Of a DNA stretch of 64,000 bases, positions 36,327-50,272 are shown in pieces. Position 1 is the stretch's first letter; each line of letters begins with the position of its first letter. The DNA is from Raja brachyura. Taxonomy: Eukaryota. The DNA lies in the NCBI GenBank assembly GCA_963514005.1, contig OY740789.1, positions 55,924,001-55,988,000 on the forward strand, read 5' to 3'. The notes beneath the pieces were generated by a model. It was not told the origin of the DNA. It saw only the letters and a program-made list of their open reading frames with translations, and searched no databases. Made by a program: the position numbers and the translations under genes.

Positions 36327-37611
36327 AATTCTGCAAAGGCTTATGTTGGTTGAGATGGACGAGAGAGAATTGAAAGAGGCTCAAGTGGACTAAAAATGTT
36401 GACATGGTTCGGCCAAATGGTGCGTGTCTGAATTAAATTAATCTTTGACACTTTATGTAAACTGGGTCTCAGTTTTCCATTCCCAGATTTCATCATCTAA
36501 AAAATATGTCAAATTGTTTATGAAACAAAAAATATCAACAATTCCCACCAAATGTTGTCTGCCTCTCCCCAGTGTCAAAAGATCTGAAGTTAATTGGGTT
36601 TAATTTTTTTAAATTGTATTAAAACATTTTCTCCAGGGGCTCCAGTTTCCTCCCACATTCCAAAGATGTACAGGTTTGTAGGTTAATTGGGTTCGGTCAG
36701 TTGTAAAACTGCCCTTCGTGTGTGTAGGTAAAGGATGTTGTATTGTGTTAATGTACGGGGTAATCTCTAGTCAGTGCGGACTTGGTGGGACAAAGAGCCT
36801 GTTTCCATTCTGTACCTCTAAAGTGTAAAGTAAAGATGAGTATACAACATCCTTTTGGCCAATTTAGAATCGGTTTTGCAGAGAGCATGGTTTCCCATTT
36901 GTTTGGAGAACTTTATATGAAGTTGGAAAGACCAGTGGAATTAGGAGGAGAACAATGTTTAAACGATGCACATTCTCTTATAGTGCTGCACAGCAAATCT
37001 GGGCCCAAGAATAATCTCGATGTTTGGCCAGACCTTGCTGCAGCTTTAATTTGGTGGTCATTTATCACCATTACAAAACAAGAAATAACTGAAGCAGTTT
37101 TCAACGAGCTGACAGGGCTTCTTTTACTGATTCTGATGGATTTCGAGCTCACAAATATGACTGTAATGAAAGAAAAGCATAATTTCCTTCAAATAGTGGC
37201 ATTTAACTGATTTGAAATAGGATAAGCTAAAATATTAATATGGAAAACATTTGCATTGAAGAAGAAAAAAGACTGCAAAAAAAAAAGTTTTTATTGTAAA
37301 AACATAATGAGAAAGTAAAGTCCATTGTAATGCAAGGGATAGATTGTGTGTTCCATTGTCGAGGTATGATTAGGGTTGTGCAGGTTGGTTCAAGAATCTG
37401 AGAGATGTAGAACAGTAGCTATTTCTGCACCTGGTGGCGTGGAACTTCAAGCTTCTATATCTTCTGCCCAAAGGCAGTTTCTAGAAGAAGGCATGGCCTG
37501 GATAGTGGAGATTCTTGATGATGGGAGGGGAGGCCTGTGTCCAAGATGGACTGGGCAACGAGGTATAATGAAAGACCGGAATTCATGGTTAGCATATGGC
37601 ATGGGGTAATT

Positions 37612-37975
37612 GAAAAGGACGCAAAGAGCTAGAGTAACTCAGCGGTCAGGCAGCATCTCTGGAGAACATGGACCTCCTCTAACCTCATCTACTACATCCG
37701 GTGTTCCCAATGAGGTGTCCTGTACATCAGTCAGACCATTTTACATGGCAACCATTGTAATGAACATTTGCACTCTGGCCACCAAGGCCTATTGGATCTC
37801 TTAATATCGAACCATTTTAATTCTCCTTCCATTCCCATACTGACCTTTCTGTCCCGGACCTCTCCATTGTCAGAGTGAGGCAACACGCAAACAGGAGGAA
37901 ATGCTTATTTTTCTAAGCATGTTCAGCAGATATGCTGCCTGACCCATTGAGTTACTCCTGCACGTTGTGTCCATT
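37612..37975 (+). mobile_element. Penelope-like GIY-YIG endonuclease remnant between inverted terminal repeats
   Basis: SSNLIYYIRCSQ*GVLYISQT (GIY-YIG motif region) and HFNSPS-type segment. Confidence 0.75.
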
Positions 37976-37999
37976 CATCTCTAGCCTCTTGTACTCAAC

Positions 38000-38432
38000 C
38001 AATGACTCCATCTACATTTCAGGCTACCTCAGTAAGGCCCCCAGCATAATCAAGAGCCAATCTCACTGCCGACATTTCCTCGTCTCCCCTCTCCCATCAG
38101 TCAAGTGGTGCAGAAGTTTGTAAATGTGTACCTCCAGATTCAGCAACAGTTTATTCCCAGCTGTTTTCCGGCAACTGAATAGTCCTCTCACCTACTAGAA
38201 AGCAGTCCTGACCTCGTATCTACCTCATTGGAGACCTTTGAAGTATTCTTAATTGGACGTAATTGGACTTTATCTTGCACTAAATGTTATACCCTTTATC
38301 CTGGATCTGTACACTGTGGATAGTTTGCTTGTAATAATATATAGTTCACTTTCGCTGAATGTAGAGCACACAACAAAAAAGCTTTTCACTGTACATCAGT
38401 ACATGTGGCAATAATAAACTTAACTAAACTAA
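38000..38432 (+). mobile_element. Rex1/Babar 3' fragment
   Basis: LSKAPSIIKSQSH...PLPS and Rex1 3' UTR. Confidence 0.8.
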
Positions 38433-39245
38433 ACCTCTGAAAGAAAATCACTTGTGCACATTTGGTTCAGTTAAAATCAAAGAAAAGTTTGTCCGCAACA
38501 TTTCAATGAGAACCAAATTGTGAAGGGAACATAATGATTAGAAACAACATCCCCTTAGAGTTTTGATAAGCCAGTCCAAGGAAAGGCATTTGGATCACTG
38601 AGGAGTTTTTATTTTGCTGATTGCTCCAAGTTACCTGCAAATATTGGATGGAGTTGTTGAACAATTTGTCCTGACACAGCTTGGACATTGAAGAGATTTT
38701 ATTTCCACAAATGTCTGAAAAACTGGGACAAAGTGCAAACATTTCTCTCTGAAACAACAGCAGCTGTTTCCAGAAGAACAAAAATGGAAGGGATCACTAA
38801 TGTTTTCAGAGAAAAGGGAGAACATTTTCATAACTGTGGCAGAAAATCCCAACTAAAATATTTGAACTGCTGGTAGTAGTTCAAATCAAATACTATACAC
38901 CTCAACAACATGGTACTGAATTCTTGTAACATTTCTGCAGTGTTTTATAAGGGAAAATGACAGGTTGTTCCACATTCAGTGAGTCAAGCTAACTACTAGA
39001 AAATGGAAATGCAACAGTTGCTACCTCTTGGAGATCTCCTATTATTTTAAGAAGGAACTACAGATGCTGCAAAGATCGAAGGTAGATAAAAATGCTGGAG
39101 AAACTCAACGGGTAAGGCAGCATCTATGGAGCGAAGGAATAGGTGACGTTACGGGTCGAGACCCTAATGTTTTAATCCTTGTAGCTCAGTGCTCTTTCGT
39201 CTAAGATCTTCAATATAAGGCAGTCCCCAGGTTGTGTGAGAGTTT

Positions 39246-39620
39246 GTCTACACTTCACGCTGCCTCAGCAAGGCTACCAGCATAATCAAGGACCAGTCTT
39301 GCCCGGTCACTACCTCTTCTCCCCTCTCCCATGAGGCAAGAGGTACAGAAGTTTGAAAACGCATACCTCCAAATTCAGGGACAGTTTCTTCCCAGTTATT
39401 ATCAGGCAACTGAACGGTCCTCTCACCAGCTAGAGAACAGTCATGACATCTTGCACTAAACATTATACCCTCTATCCTGTATCTATACACTGTGGACGGC
39501 TTGATTGTAACCATGTATAGTCCTTTCGCTGACTGGATAGCATGCAACAGAAAACCTTTTTCCTGTACCTCAGTACACGTGACAATAATAATAAACTAAA
39601 CTAAATCAATCTAAACTAAA
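39246..39620 (+). mobile_element. Rex1/Babar 3' fragment
   Basis: ctacacttcacgctgcctcagcaaggc...ggcaagaggtacagaagtttg...(taaac)n. Confidence 0.82.
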
Positions 39621-40052
39621 GTTCCGTTCTGACAACTCTCCGTAAGCTGATTTCTCCACATATCAGAGGCGTCCATACCTATGCCTCGCGTAATTTTTTA
39701 CACTTCTATCCTCTCCCCTAAACCTCTGACAATCCAGATAAAAGAGAGTAAGTTAAGGAGTTTCAGAAAACATCTTTTATTTAGTCATTGATGTGCCACT
39801 GAAAGCTTGAACAAGCATAAGTTGCCTCCGTTAAAATAAAAAAAAACACACCTTGGATATTGAAAGGATTTTCCTTTCTTGACTGCCTGGAAATCTGGCA
39901 AGTGGAAATATTTCAGTGTATCAGCGGTAGATCTGTTCAGAGGAACTCTGCATAAGAGGAAAGTAGCGTTACTAGTTCCAAGAAAAAATACAGATGACTG
40001 TAGATATGGCAGAGAGTCAGAAATAAATGTTTGGGTTTGAAAGTTAAATTGC

Positions 40053-40246
40053 TTCCCGGAAGTTGTTCAGATCAAACACCCCGTCCCTTAATGACATTAT
40101 AATAAATTGCTTTAATACTTTCACAGGTTTCAGCTGAGGAAATGAAGTCAGGAGGTCTGAGCTTCATCTGCAGAATTCAGCTACAGGCTTTTATGACCGG
40201 TTTCATTGGAGGCGGGCTCAACTTTCTCACTGGGCAGCTTATATAA
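40053..40246 (+). promoter_or_regulatory. Candidate promoter/enhancer motif cluster
   Basis: GAS ttcccggaa 40053-40061 overlapping ETS ccggaagt; attgg 40205-40209; ggcggg 40211-40216; tatataa 40240-40246; motif matches only. Confidence 0.3.
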
Positions 40247-40420
40247 GCCAAGCATAACTTGCTGTCAAAAATATATTGGTATCAGCACAGCACTCTATGT
40301 ACTCTCAAAACTTGATAAGAGATGAGAATATGTTTTACAAAATTGTACTTCTTTGTCTCTGCATCTTCTTAATTTTAAATTCCTAACAAAATCTCAGGAT
40401 ATTGCAAAGTACAGGATATT

Positions 40421-40680
40421 GGGCCAGCACAGTGGCGCCGTGGTAGAGTTGCTGCCTTAGAGAGGTCCGGGTTCAAACCTGATTACCGGTGCTGTCTGTA
40501 CGGAGTTTGTACGTTCTCCCTGTGACCACGTGAGTGTTCTATGGGTGCTCCAGTTTCCTCCAACAATCCAAAGACGTACGTGCAGGTTTGTAGGTTAATT
40601 GGCTTTGGTTAAATTGTAAATTATCCCTCATGTGTAGGATAGTGGGCCAAAGGGCATGTGTCTGTAAATTCTAAAAAGTC
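40421..40680 (+). mobile_element. HE1-like V-SINE
   Basis: Consensus head and V-domain. Confidence 0.8.
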
Positions 40681-42200
40681 TACTTTACAACTAATAACTT
40701 ACTTTGCAAGCATAACCACAACCGTAATGGCAACCCAAATGTCCATACAATTAAAACTATTTGTCTGTTTTAGTGGGGTTGATTGGGAAGTGGAAATTAG
40801 TCAGAACATCAAAAAACCCTCCCCTTCGCTTATTCAGTATAAAGCCATGTGATGTTTTAGACCAGTCAGCGAGAGCCAAATGGAGTCAGGTTATCTTCCT
40901 AGGCAAAAGATGGATACATTTCAACTTCAAAAGCAGCTTCACTATGTGTATATCCACCCAGTTTGAAGACCAAGTATGATATAAAGTAGCATGGAGATGA
41001 GGCGGAATTTCTCTAGGCAGAGTATGCCAATGGTAAATAAATTATATTCAAGCAGTCATATTGACATAATAAAAGTACCCATTTTGTAAGAAATCCAAAC
41101 TACTTTGTGAAACTATCAGTCACAAAGAAAAAGCATCCAAATGCCAGAAAGACTGTAAATGAAGCACCAACTTTACAGAAAGGGAAAATGTTGGCATTTC
41201 TACCACTATTAGGACTTGCACTTGGAAGTTTTGATTGGAGAAGGACAGAGGACATTTGCTCATTTTTTTTACCTTTAGATGGAGAAATCAGTGTTTAGGA
41301 TAGAGCAGAGTAACAAACTGCAAGTAAGAATTTAATTGTGCCGTTTTTGGACATAAAACACTCTTGACTTTTTAAATATAGAGAAGCCAATGAATGAGGA
41401 AGAAAATGCAATTCTTGCTCAAAGGGTGATCATGGGCTCAATATAAAAGTCAAATTTAGACTTTTTGTGTCCAACAATTTACGGCACTATATTTTGCTTT
41501 AGATAACATCAAAATATGGACCTCCATGAATCCCATGCCTGCCCGTGGGATTTCCACTCATTAGCTCTGGCTTAATCCCAGTCCATTTCTTGGGGATGTT
41601 ATTAGCATATTGAGAGCAGGCAATAAGAGCAGTTGACTGACAGTATGAAAGAGAAAATCACCAGTACCTTTTCAAACCTTATCCATCAGCACAGCCCAAG
41701 TTGTCTCGTGAACTCCTGTGCTACTTGATATTTAAAATAACAGATTCCAAATTTTATTTATCGAAGAAATTGATCACACTCTGAAGAAGCTCCACTCAAA
41801 TAAATATTTTTCTAGCTGGATAGACTGTACTCCTAAGGTTTAGCTAGCTGTTGAAACACAATTGTTCCTGTCATTCACCAAATGTTCAAAAACTATTTAA
41901 AACTTTTAAAGCATTATGAACTTCAAGAGTTGTTAGAAAATTGAAAACATTTAAAGACACCTAAAATCTCCAGAAAAACAAGTGCATAATGCAATAATTC
42001 AAATGAGCTCAATTAATTAAAATTGTAAATACCCTGGTTTTTACCTTTCTCCCTCACAGCCACCCGTCTCCAATGAAATGAATGAAAGCATGATTCCATG
42101 TGCAGTTGTTCCCGTGTAACAGTTGAGGAAGTTACAACTCTGCCAAAGAGCCTAGTATGGCGTGCAGTTGGAAGATCATTGGCAAGGATCCTAGAGGGAG

Positions 42201-43146
42201 ACTTTAAATTTTTGAGATACAGTGCAGAAACAGGCCCTTCAGCCCACCAAGTCCACACTGACTAGCGATCACTCCATACACTAGCACTATCCTAGACAGT
42301 AGGGACAATTTACAATTTTACCAAAGCCAGTGAACCTACAAACCTGTACGTCTTTGGAGTGTGGGAGGAAACCAGAGTACCTGCAGAAAACCCATGCAGT
42401 CAAAGGGAGAATGTACAAACTCCATACAGATAGCACCCATGTCTGTTATCAATTACGCAAAAATATTCTGGCTTGCAAACTTGAAAAGTGTTTGAATCAC
42501 ATAAGAGTGTTGCAATCACTAAACATGTCAAAGATCAGAAAGCCACCAGATCAGATTTACTTCAGGTTAACGGGTTACAGAATGTGCCAAAGATAAATCA
42601 ATCACATATTTTATGGTTTTCAAGGGGCAGCAGAGTAGCGCAGCGGTAGAGTTGCTCCCTCACAGCGCCCGAGACCTAGGTTCGATTCTGGTAAAATTTG
42701 TAAATTATCCCAGGATTGTGCTAGTGCACGGGGTCAGCAAAGAAATCCAGCAAAGAAAGTTTGCAGAAATCTTCAGGAACTGAATTGCGATACTTTGTTT
42801 CTTTCTACCTCTCCAATCTAATCCTACTTTGGTTTCACCTGATTTGTCACTAATAAGCCAAGTGTAGATCTGGTATCTGTAAATTACTGTAGACTTTGGA
42901 CATTAGTGATACAGCGTGGAAACCAGTGATCACCGCATACCCTAGCACTATCTACTTACTAGGGACAATTTACAGAAGCCAATTAACCTACAAACCTGAA
43001 ATCTTTGGAGTGTGGTAGGAAACTGGAGCACCTGGAGGAAACCCATGCAATCACAGGGAGAACGTACAAACTCCGTATAAACAGTCAGGATCGAACCAGG
43101 GTCTCCGCCACTGTAATACAGCAATGCTACCACTGCGCTACTGTGC
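42201..43146. mobile_element. Cluster of three HE1-like SINE pieces (42201-42440 minus, 42625-42735 plus, 42893-43146 minus)
   Basis: SINE consensus motifs. Confidence 0.75.
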
Positions 43147-44273
43147 GTCTAATAAGCCTGGGTGTGGGTGGATAGTAGCACAATCAGACTGAAGTTAACA
43201 GGCATGTAAGGGAGAGTAGGTTATGGGAATGAAAAGAGAGGAAAGGAAGTGATGGCTTTACTATGAAATTCAGCATGGGCTCAATGGGCCAAATGGCCTA
43301 TTTCGATGTTGTAATAAAATATGAGAAATATCATTGTTCATTCATCAATTATACTTTATATTGGAACTTCATAAAACAAATGACAAACAAATCCAGTTGG
43401 ATCAAGAAAAGTATGGCATGATTAAGGGGAACAATACTATTGGTGTCACGCTGACAGTAAAGTGGCACAAATTGTCCACCAGTTGGCAGGAGTTTGTAAC
43501 TCATAAATGCCACAAGTTACTGGCCAATTTGTGCATTAATAATGACACGTGTCATTTGCACATCATTATTTTTTAACTAAATCTTGGCAAATAGTTCCAA
43601 GGTCATTAGATTATGTCATTTTCATACATTTGCCAAGAACCTCTTCATAAACAGATCAATTGTGTTTACCCATAAATTGAAATGTAACGTAAAACATAAA
43701 ACGTAGCTTTTCATGTCTTTTGCTAGAGTTCAATTTTGAAAAATATAAGTTGAAAATCCATGAAGTAAAACAAACTCTCTGCAACATTATATCCACTGCT
43801 TGATGAGTGAAATGGGAAAGATATGTATCTGGCAGTGGGGTAGAAAGAATCTGTAAAACAGGAAGAGAATTGTCAAAGTTGGCAAATCCGGAGAAGAGTT
43901 GAGATTATTTTTTTTCTCACGGACAGAATGCCTTTTTCTGTTGAGGTGGTCTAGGCTAACTCCATGAGTAACTACATTGGGAATTGGGAAGCTACATGAG
44001 GAGGATATAGTGGGATGTCTCCCTCTCCCTCACTTGTCTGTAGCTCCCTGCTTCCATGGGCTGAAATACTGACAGAGAGGTGGGATGGTAGGAGGACTGA
44101 CCGGTGAAAAATTAGTCAGCATCTGATCTCAATGGAAAAACCATCTTAAAATAAATCAAGGCAGACTTCCAGCTTTCTGGCTGGTGTGATTGCCTGGCTA
44201 GGTATGGGCGGTATGAAGTGGTGGCTGCAGTAAGGAATCCATAGAGATGATTGTCAGTTGTTAAGCAGTTGTT

Positions 44274-44565
44274 GGTGGCACAGTGGCGCAGCAGTAGAAT
44301 TGTTGCCTCAAAACGCCGGAGACCCAGGTTCAATCCTGACTACATACGCTGTCTGTACAGAGTTTGGATATTCTCCCCGTGACTTTGTGAGTTTCCTCTG
44401 TGTGTTCCGGTTTCATCCTGCATCCCAAAGACGTGCAGGTTTGGAGGTTAATTGGCTTCTGTGACTTGTTCCTAGTGCGTAGGATAGAAATAGCATGGGT
44501 GATTGTGGTTGATGCGGAGTCAGTGAGCCTAAGAACCTATTGCATCTTTACACTAAACTAAACCA
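44274..44565 (+). mobile_element. HE1-like V-SINE
   Basis: ggtggcacagtggcgcagcagtagaattgttgcctca...ggttcaatcc and aaacta tail. Confidence 0.82.
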
Positions 44566-45646
44566 AATGCAAAGGACTCATAGCCACACTGGGGTTGTCA
44601 AGGCTTCCTTGAGAGATTGGGAGGTCCTTTTGGGTTCTTTGAACCAATGAATAGTCTGTAATTTTGTAAAGCACACTTGAACCTATTTAGGCCAGGTGGC
44701 ACACACTCACCTTGAACCATTTGGATGGACCAGCACAATGTAAGTTAAACATACATTTGTGCAATCTGTCTGCTGTGTAAAATATCTCCATGTCATTCTT
44801 AAAAGCCTGAATACATATGGGGGGACTGCGAGCCTCAGCTCTTTTCCTGCTCATGGCTCCAAACATAATAAAAAGCTCTTTGTTAAATAAAGAATCAGAA
44901 GAAAAAAAAGAATGAGCAGTTTGACTAGCCAGGTTTAGTACTGTACCCCCACCATTGCCGTTCATTACCAGTATGGAAAAGACTGAGAGTAGTATGCGGA
45001 AAGTAAGATTGCAAAACTAAAGATGTCTCACAGCTCTGTTGGGGTCATATGCAGTGTGGTTACTTCAGGGTAAAGCCAGTTATTTAATTACAGGTGCCTT
45101 CAGGCAACTTTGAATCAGGCTGCACCCCATGTTAATCAGACATCCTCATCAGGAGGCATTCTCAAATAACAAGCTGCATTCCAAAATTTTAATTTAAAAA
45201 ATCCTTTTGCAACACATTCCAATCATCTTGCCTCAGCTGCAATATTTGGAGGAGAACGAATGTGTGTGAATGAGAATGATAAAGAACAAATGAATTACTT
45301 TGCCACAGCTGAATTATGTGCAATCACAAGCAACTGTCTTAAATGTAGTCAATGAGTTTAAAAAAATCAAAGTATTCTGGTGATACATTCTGGTGTTTGA
45401 CCACAGATTTGGTTAAGAACAATTGGGTGTCCTCCAAAAAGTGGCTAATCTACACCACATTCAGAGCTCAGACAGCAGTAAGTAAAAAGCCAAGCCAATC
45501 ATTTTGAAACTGTGACTAAAATGACTCTTCTTGCCTCTGCCAAAGGAAAGGTCACTTGAGATCAGCAACTCAGCTGAATATTCCTTGCCTCCTTCATGAG
45601 GTTTGTGTGTTTAAAACGCTGCTAAGAACACAGTGACACAGCAGAG

Positions 45647-48600
45647 GTGGACGGTGGCACAGCAGTAGAGTTACCGCTGTACAGTTCCAGGGACTGGGTT
45701 CGAGCCTGCCGGGTGCTGTCTGTGTGGAGCTTGTACATGCTCCCTGTGATCACATGGGTTTTCTCCGGGAGCTCCCAGTTTCATAGAATCATAGAAAAAT
45801 AGGTGCAGGAGTAGGCCATTCGGCCCTTCGAGCCTGCACCGCCATTCAATGTGATCATGGCTGATCATCCAACTCAGTATCCGTACCTGCCTTCTCTCCA
45901 TACCCCCTGATCCCTTTAGCCACAAGTGCCACATCTAACGCCCTCTTAAATATAGCCAATGAACTGGCCTCAACTACCTTCTGTGGCAGAGAATTCCAGA
46001 GACTCACCACTCTCTGTGTAAAGAATGTTTTCCTCATCTCGGTCCTAAAGGAATTCCCCCTTATCCTTAGACTGTGACCCCATGTTCTGGACTCCCCCAA
46101 CATCGGGAACAATCTTCCAGCATCTAGCTTGTCCAACCCCTTAAGAATTTTGTAAGTTTCTATAAGATCCCCCCTCATCTTCTAAATTCCAGCGAGTACA
46201 AGCCAAGTCTATCCAATCTTTCCTCATATGAAAGTCCTGACATCCCAGGAATCAGTCTGGTGAATCTTCTCTGTACCCCCTCTATGGCAAGGATGTCTTT
46301 CCTCAGATTTGGAGACCAGAACTGTATGCAATACTCCAGGTGTGGCCTCACCAAAACCCTGTACAACTGCAGTAGAACCTCCCTGCTCCTATACTCAAAT
46401 CTTTTCGTTATGAATGCTAACATACCATTTGCTTTCTTCACTGCCTGCTGCACCTGCATGCCTACTTTCAATGACTGGTGTACCATGACACCCAGGTCTC
46501 ATTGCATCTCCCCTTTTCCTAATCTGCCACCATTCAGATAATAGTCTACCCTCATCTTTTTGCCACCAAAGTGGATAACCTCACGTTTATCCACATTATA
46601 CTGCATCTGCCATGCATCTGCCCATTCACTCAGCCTATCCAAATCAGCCTCCAAGCATCCTCCTCACACCTAACTGTAGCCCCCAGCTTGGTGTCATCTG
46701 CAAATTTGGAGATGTTGCATTGAATTCCCTCGTCCAAATCATTAATATATATTGTAAATAGCTGGGGTCCCAGCACTGAGCCTTGCGGTACCCCACTAGT
46801 CACTGCCTGCCATTCTGAAAAGGACCCATTTACTCCTACCCTTTGCCTCCTGTCTGCTAGCCAGTTCTCTATCCACATCAATACTGAACCCCCAATACCG
46901 TGTGCTTTAAGTTTGTATGCTAATCTCTTATGCGGGGCCTTGTCGAAAGCCTTCAGAAAGTCTAGATATAACACATCCACTTGGTTCTCCCTTATCCACT
47001 CTACTAGTTACATCCTCGAAAAATTCTGTCAGATTTGTCAGACATGATTTACCTTTCGTAAATCCATGCTGACTTTGTCCAATGATTTCACCACTTTCCA
47101 AATGCGCTGCTATCCCATCTTTAATAACTGACTCTAGCAGTTTCCCCACTACCGATGTTAGACTAACTGGTCTGTAATTCCCCTCTTTCTCTCTCCCTCC
47201 TTTTTTAAAAAGTGGGATTACATTAGCTACCCTCCAATCCTCAGGAACTACTCCAGAATCTAAGGAATTTTGAAAAATTATCACTAATGCATCCACTATT
47301 TCTGTGGCTACCTCCTTGAGTACTCTGGGGTGCAGACTATCTGGTCCTGGGGATTTATTGGCCTTCAATCCGTTCAATTTACCCAACACCACCTCCCGGC
47401 TAACCTGGATTTCACTCAGTTCCTCCATCTTATTTGACCCCCGTTCCACTGCTATTTCCAGCAGATTATTTATGTCTTCCTTAGTGAAGACAGAACCAAA
47501 GTAGTTATTCAATTGGTCTGCCATGTCCTTGTTCCCCATGATCAATTCACCTGTTACTGACTGCAAGGGACCAACATTTGTTTTAACTAGTCTCTTTCTC
47601 TTCACATATCTATAAAAACTTGTGCAGTCAGTTTTTATGTTCCTGCCAGTTTCCTTTCATAATCTATTTTCCCTTTCCTAATTAAGCCCTTTGTCCTCCT
47701 CTGCTGGATTCTGAATTTCTCCCAGTCCTCCGGTAGGCTGCTTTTTCTGGCAAATTTGTATGCCTCATCTTTTGTTTTTATACTATCCCTGATTTCCCTT
47801 GTTATCCATGGATGCAGCACCTTCCCCGATTTATTCTTTTGCCAAACTGGTATGAACAATTTTTGTACTTTATCCATGCAGTCTTTAAATACCTTCCATT
47901 GCACATCCACTGTCAACCCTTTAAGAATCACCTGCCAGTCTATATTGGCCAATTCACATCTCATACCTTCAGAGTTACCTTTGTTCAAGTTCAGAACCCT
48001 TGTTTCTGACTTAATTTTGTCACTCTCCATCCTAATGAAGAACTCAACCATATTATGGTCACTCTTGCCCAAAGGGCCACGCACAACAAGACTGCTAACT
48101 AACCCTTCCTCATTACTCAATACCCAGTCTAGAATAGCCTGCTCTCTCGTTGGTTCCTCCACATGTTGGTTGAGAAAACTATCCCGCATACATTCCAAGA
48201 AATCCTCTTCCTCAGCACCCCTGCCAATTTGATTCACCCAATCTACATGCAGATTGAAGTCACCCATTATAACCGTGTTACCCTTGTTGCACGCATTTCT
48301 AATTTCCTGTTTGATGCCATCCCCAACTCCAATACCACTGTTAGGTGGCCTGTACACAGCTCCCACTAGCGTTTTCTGCCCCTTAGAGTTTCGCAGCTCT
48401 ACCCATATCAATTCCACATCCTCCACGCTAATGTCCTTCCTTTCTATTGCATTAATCTCCTCTCTCACCAGCAATGCTACCCCACCTCCTTTTCCTTTTC
48501 GTCTATCCCTCCTGAATATTGAATATCCCTGGATGTTCAGCTCCCAGCTTTGGTCACCCTGGAGCCATGTCTCCGTGATCCCAACTATAGCATAGTCATT

Positions 48601-49042
48601 AATCGCTATCTGCACCTTCAACTCATCCACCTTATTACGAATGCTCCTCGCATTGAGACACAAAGCCTTCAGGCTTGTTTTTACAACACTCTTACTCCTT
48701 ATACAATTATGTTGACAAGTGGCCCCTTTCACATCGATCCCTATTACACTTGGCCATACTCTCCTATCCCTTTGTGAGCTTTCTTTCCCGTTAATTCTGA
48801 GGTCATTAACCATCCCTTTACTCTCTTTCCCTCTAACTCCGTCCTCGACTATCCCATTTGACACCCCACCCCCCTTATTCAGTTTTCCTCCAACACTCCC
48901 TAGATGCGCAGGTTTGTTGATTAATTGGCTTCAGTAAAAGTTATAAATTGTCGCTAGTGTGTAGGATAGTGCTAGTGTACGGGGTGATCACTGGTCAGCA
49001 TGGCCTCGGTGGGCTGTAGGGCCTGTATCTGTGCTGTATCAT
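45647..49042 (+). mobile_element. HE1-like SINE split by the CR1 insertion (45647-45781 and 48880-49042)
   Basis: V-domain gctcccagttt|cctccaacactcc is continuous across the CR1; cagttt present on both sides. Confidence 0.85.
45782..48880 (-). mobile_element. CR1 LINE with nearly complete but frameshifted ORF2 (APE endonuclease plus RT)
   Basis: LNARSIRNK, GITETW, GGGVALLV, YRPP, MGDFN, SDHNMV (APE); [31 protein letters not shown] (RT); 3' tail. Confidence 0.95.
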
Positions 49043-49566
49043 TAAAGTCTAAAGTCTAAAGTGAAGTTTAAAATCATTCTTAAATTGTGAACCTTTATTT
49101 TGAAACAGTGACCTCTACTTTTATATTCTCCTGTAAGAGAAATCATCTTCTCCAAGTCCACTCTGGAAAGACCCCTCAATATAATGTGGAAGTCATAGTC
49201 ATGGAATTGTTCAAATCAATTTACCATCATATCCATGCCCACACTTCATATGAGCTGCAGAGCTCTGCATTTGCTCCAGGTTTTCCCATTTCATTTCTAT
49301 ATCTAATTCTCTTTGAAAGTTACTTCTGAATCAGCTTCCACCACCCTTTGAGGGTGATTTTTTTCCTAACAACGACCCAGAGGATGATAGCATTACTTGC
49401 CCTTTTGATTGCCCTGGGGGAATGGTCTGTGGTGGGGTAAACCCAATATGCACATTAACTAAAGACGTCAAGGATGATAACCAGCAATGTTGAAAGAATA
49501 ATGATATATTTCCATGGTGAGGGACCTGAAGGCAAACTTGTATTGTGTCTGCTGTTTAGTTTAGTT

Positions 49567-49805
49567 ATAGTTTCGAGATAACAGGTGTAAGCAGCGGTTA
49601 ACATATGATCAGCATTTGATGGCACGAGGCCTGTACTCGCTGGAGTTTAAAAGAATGAATGGGAACATCATTAAAACATACAGAATAGTTTCGAGATAAC
49701 AGGTGTAAACAGCGGTTAACATATGATCAGCGTTTGATGGCACGAGGCCTGTACTCGCTGGAGTTTAAAAGAATGAATGGGAACATCATTAAAACATACA
49801 GAATA
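49567..49805. repeat. 118-bp tandem duplication spanning the 5' junction of a CR1 fragment (CR1 continues to ~50150)
   Basis: atagtttcgagataacaggtgtaa...aaacatacagaata starts at 49567 and at 49685. Confidence 0.92.
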
Positions 49806-50272
49806 ATGAAACATTGGATAGAGTGGATGTGGAGAGGATGTTTCCACTAGTGGGAGAGTCTAGGACTAGAGGTCATAGCCTCAGAATTAAAGGATATTAT
49901 TTTAGGAAGGAGATGAGGAGTAACTTTAGTCAGAGGGTGGCGAATCTGTGGAATTCTTTACCACAGAAGGCTGTGGAGGCAGTCAGTGGATATATTTAAG
50001 GCAGAAATAGATAGATTATTGATTAGTACTGATATCAGAGTGGGGAGAAGGTGGGAGAATTGGGTTAGGAGGGAGAGATAGATCAGCCATGATTGAATGG
50101 TGGAGTAGACTTAATGGGCCAAATCACAATTCTGCTCCTGTCGTGATTCTATGAACCCTTGAACAGGTCCTTCGGCCCACCAAATCAGCACCGACCAGCA
50201 ATCCCTGTACACAAGTACTATCCAACACACTAGGGAGAAATTTACAATCTTTATCAAAGCCGATGAACCTAC

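Noticed and set aside
36782-37210. 142-aa ORF
   Set aside because: Starts inside a SINE tail with a non-ATG codon and has no recognisable domain.
42060-42119. Strong plus-strand acceptor followed by PPVSNEMNESMIPCAVVPV*
   Set aside because: Isolated signal without homology; such acceptors occur by chance in 64 kb.
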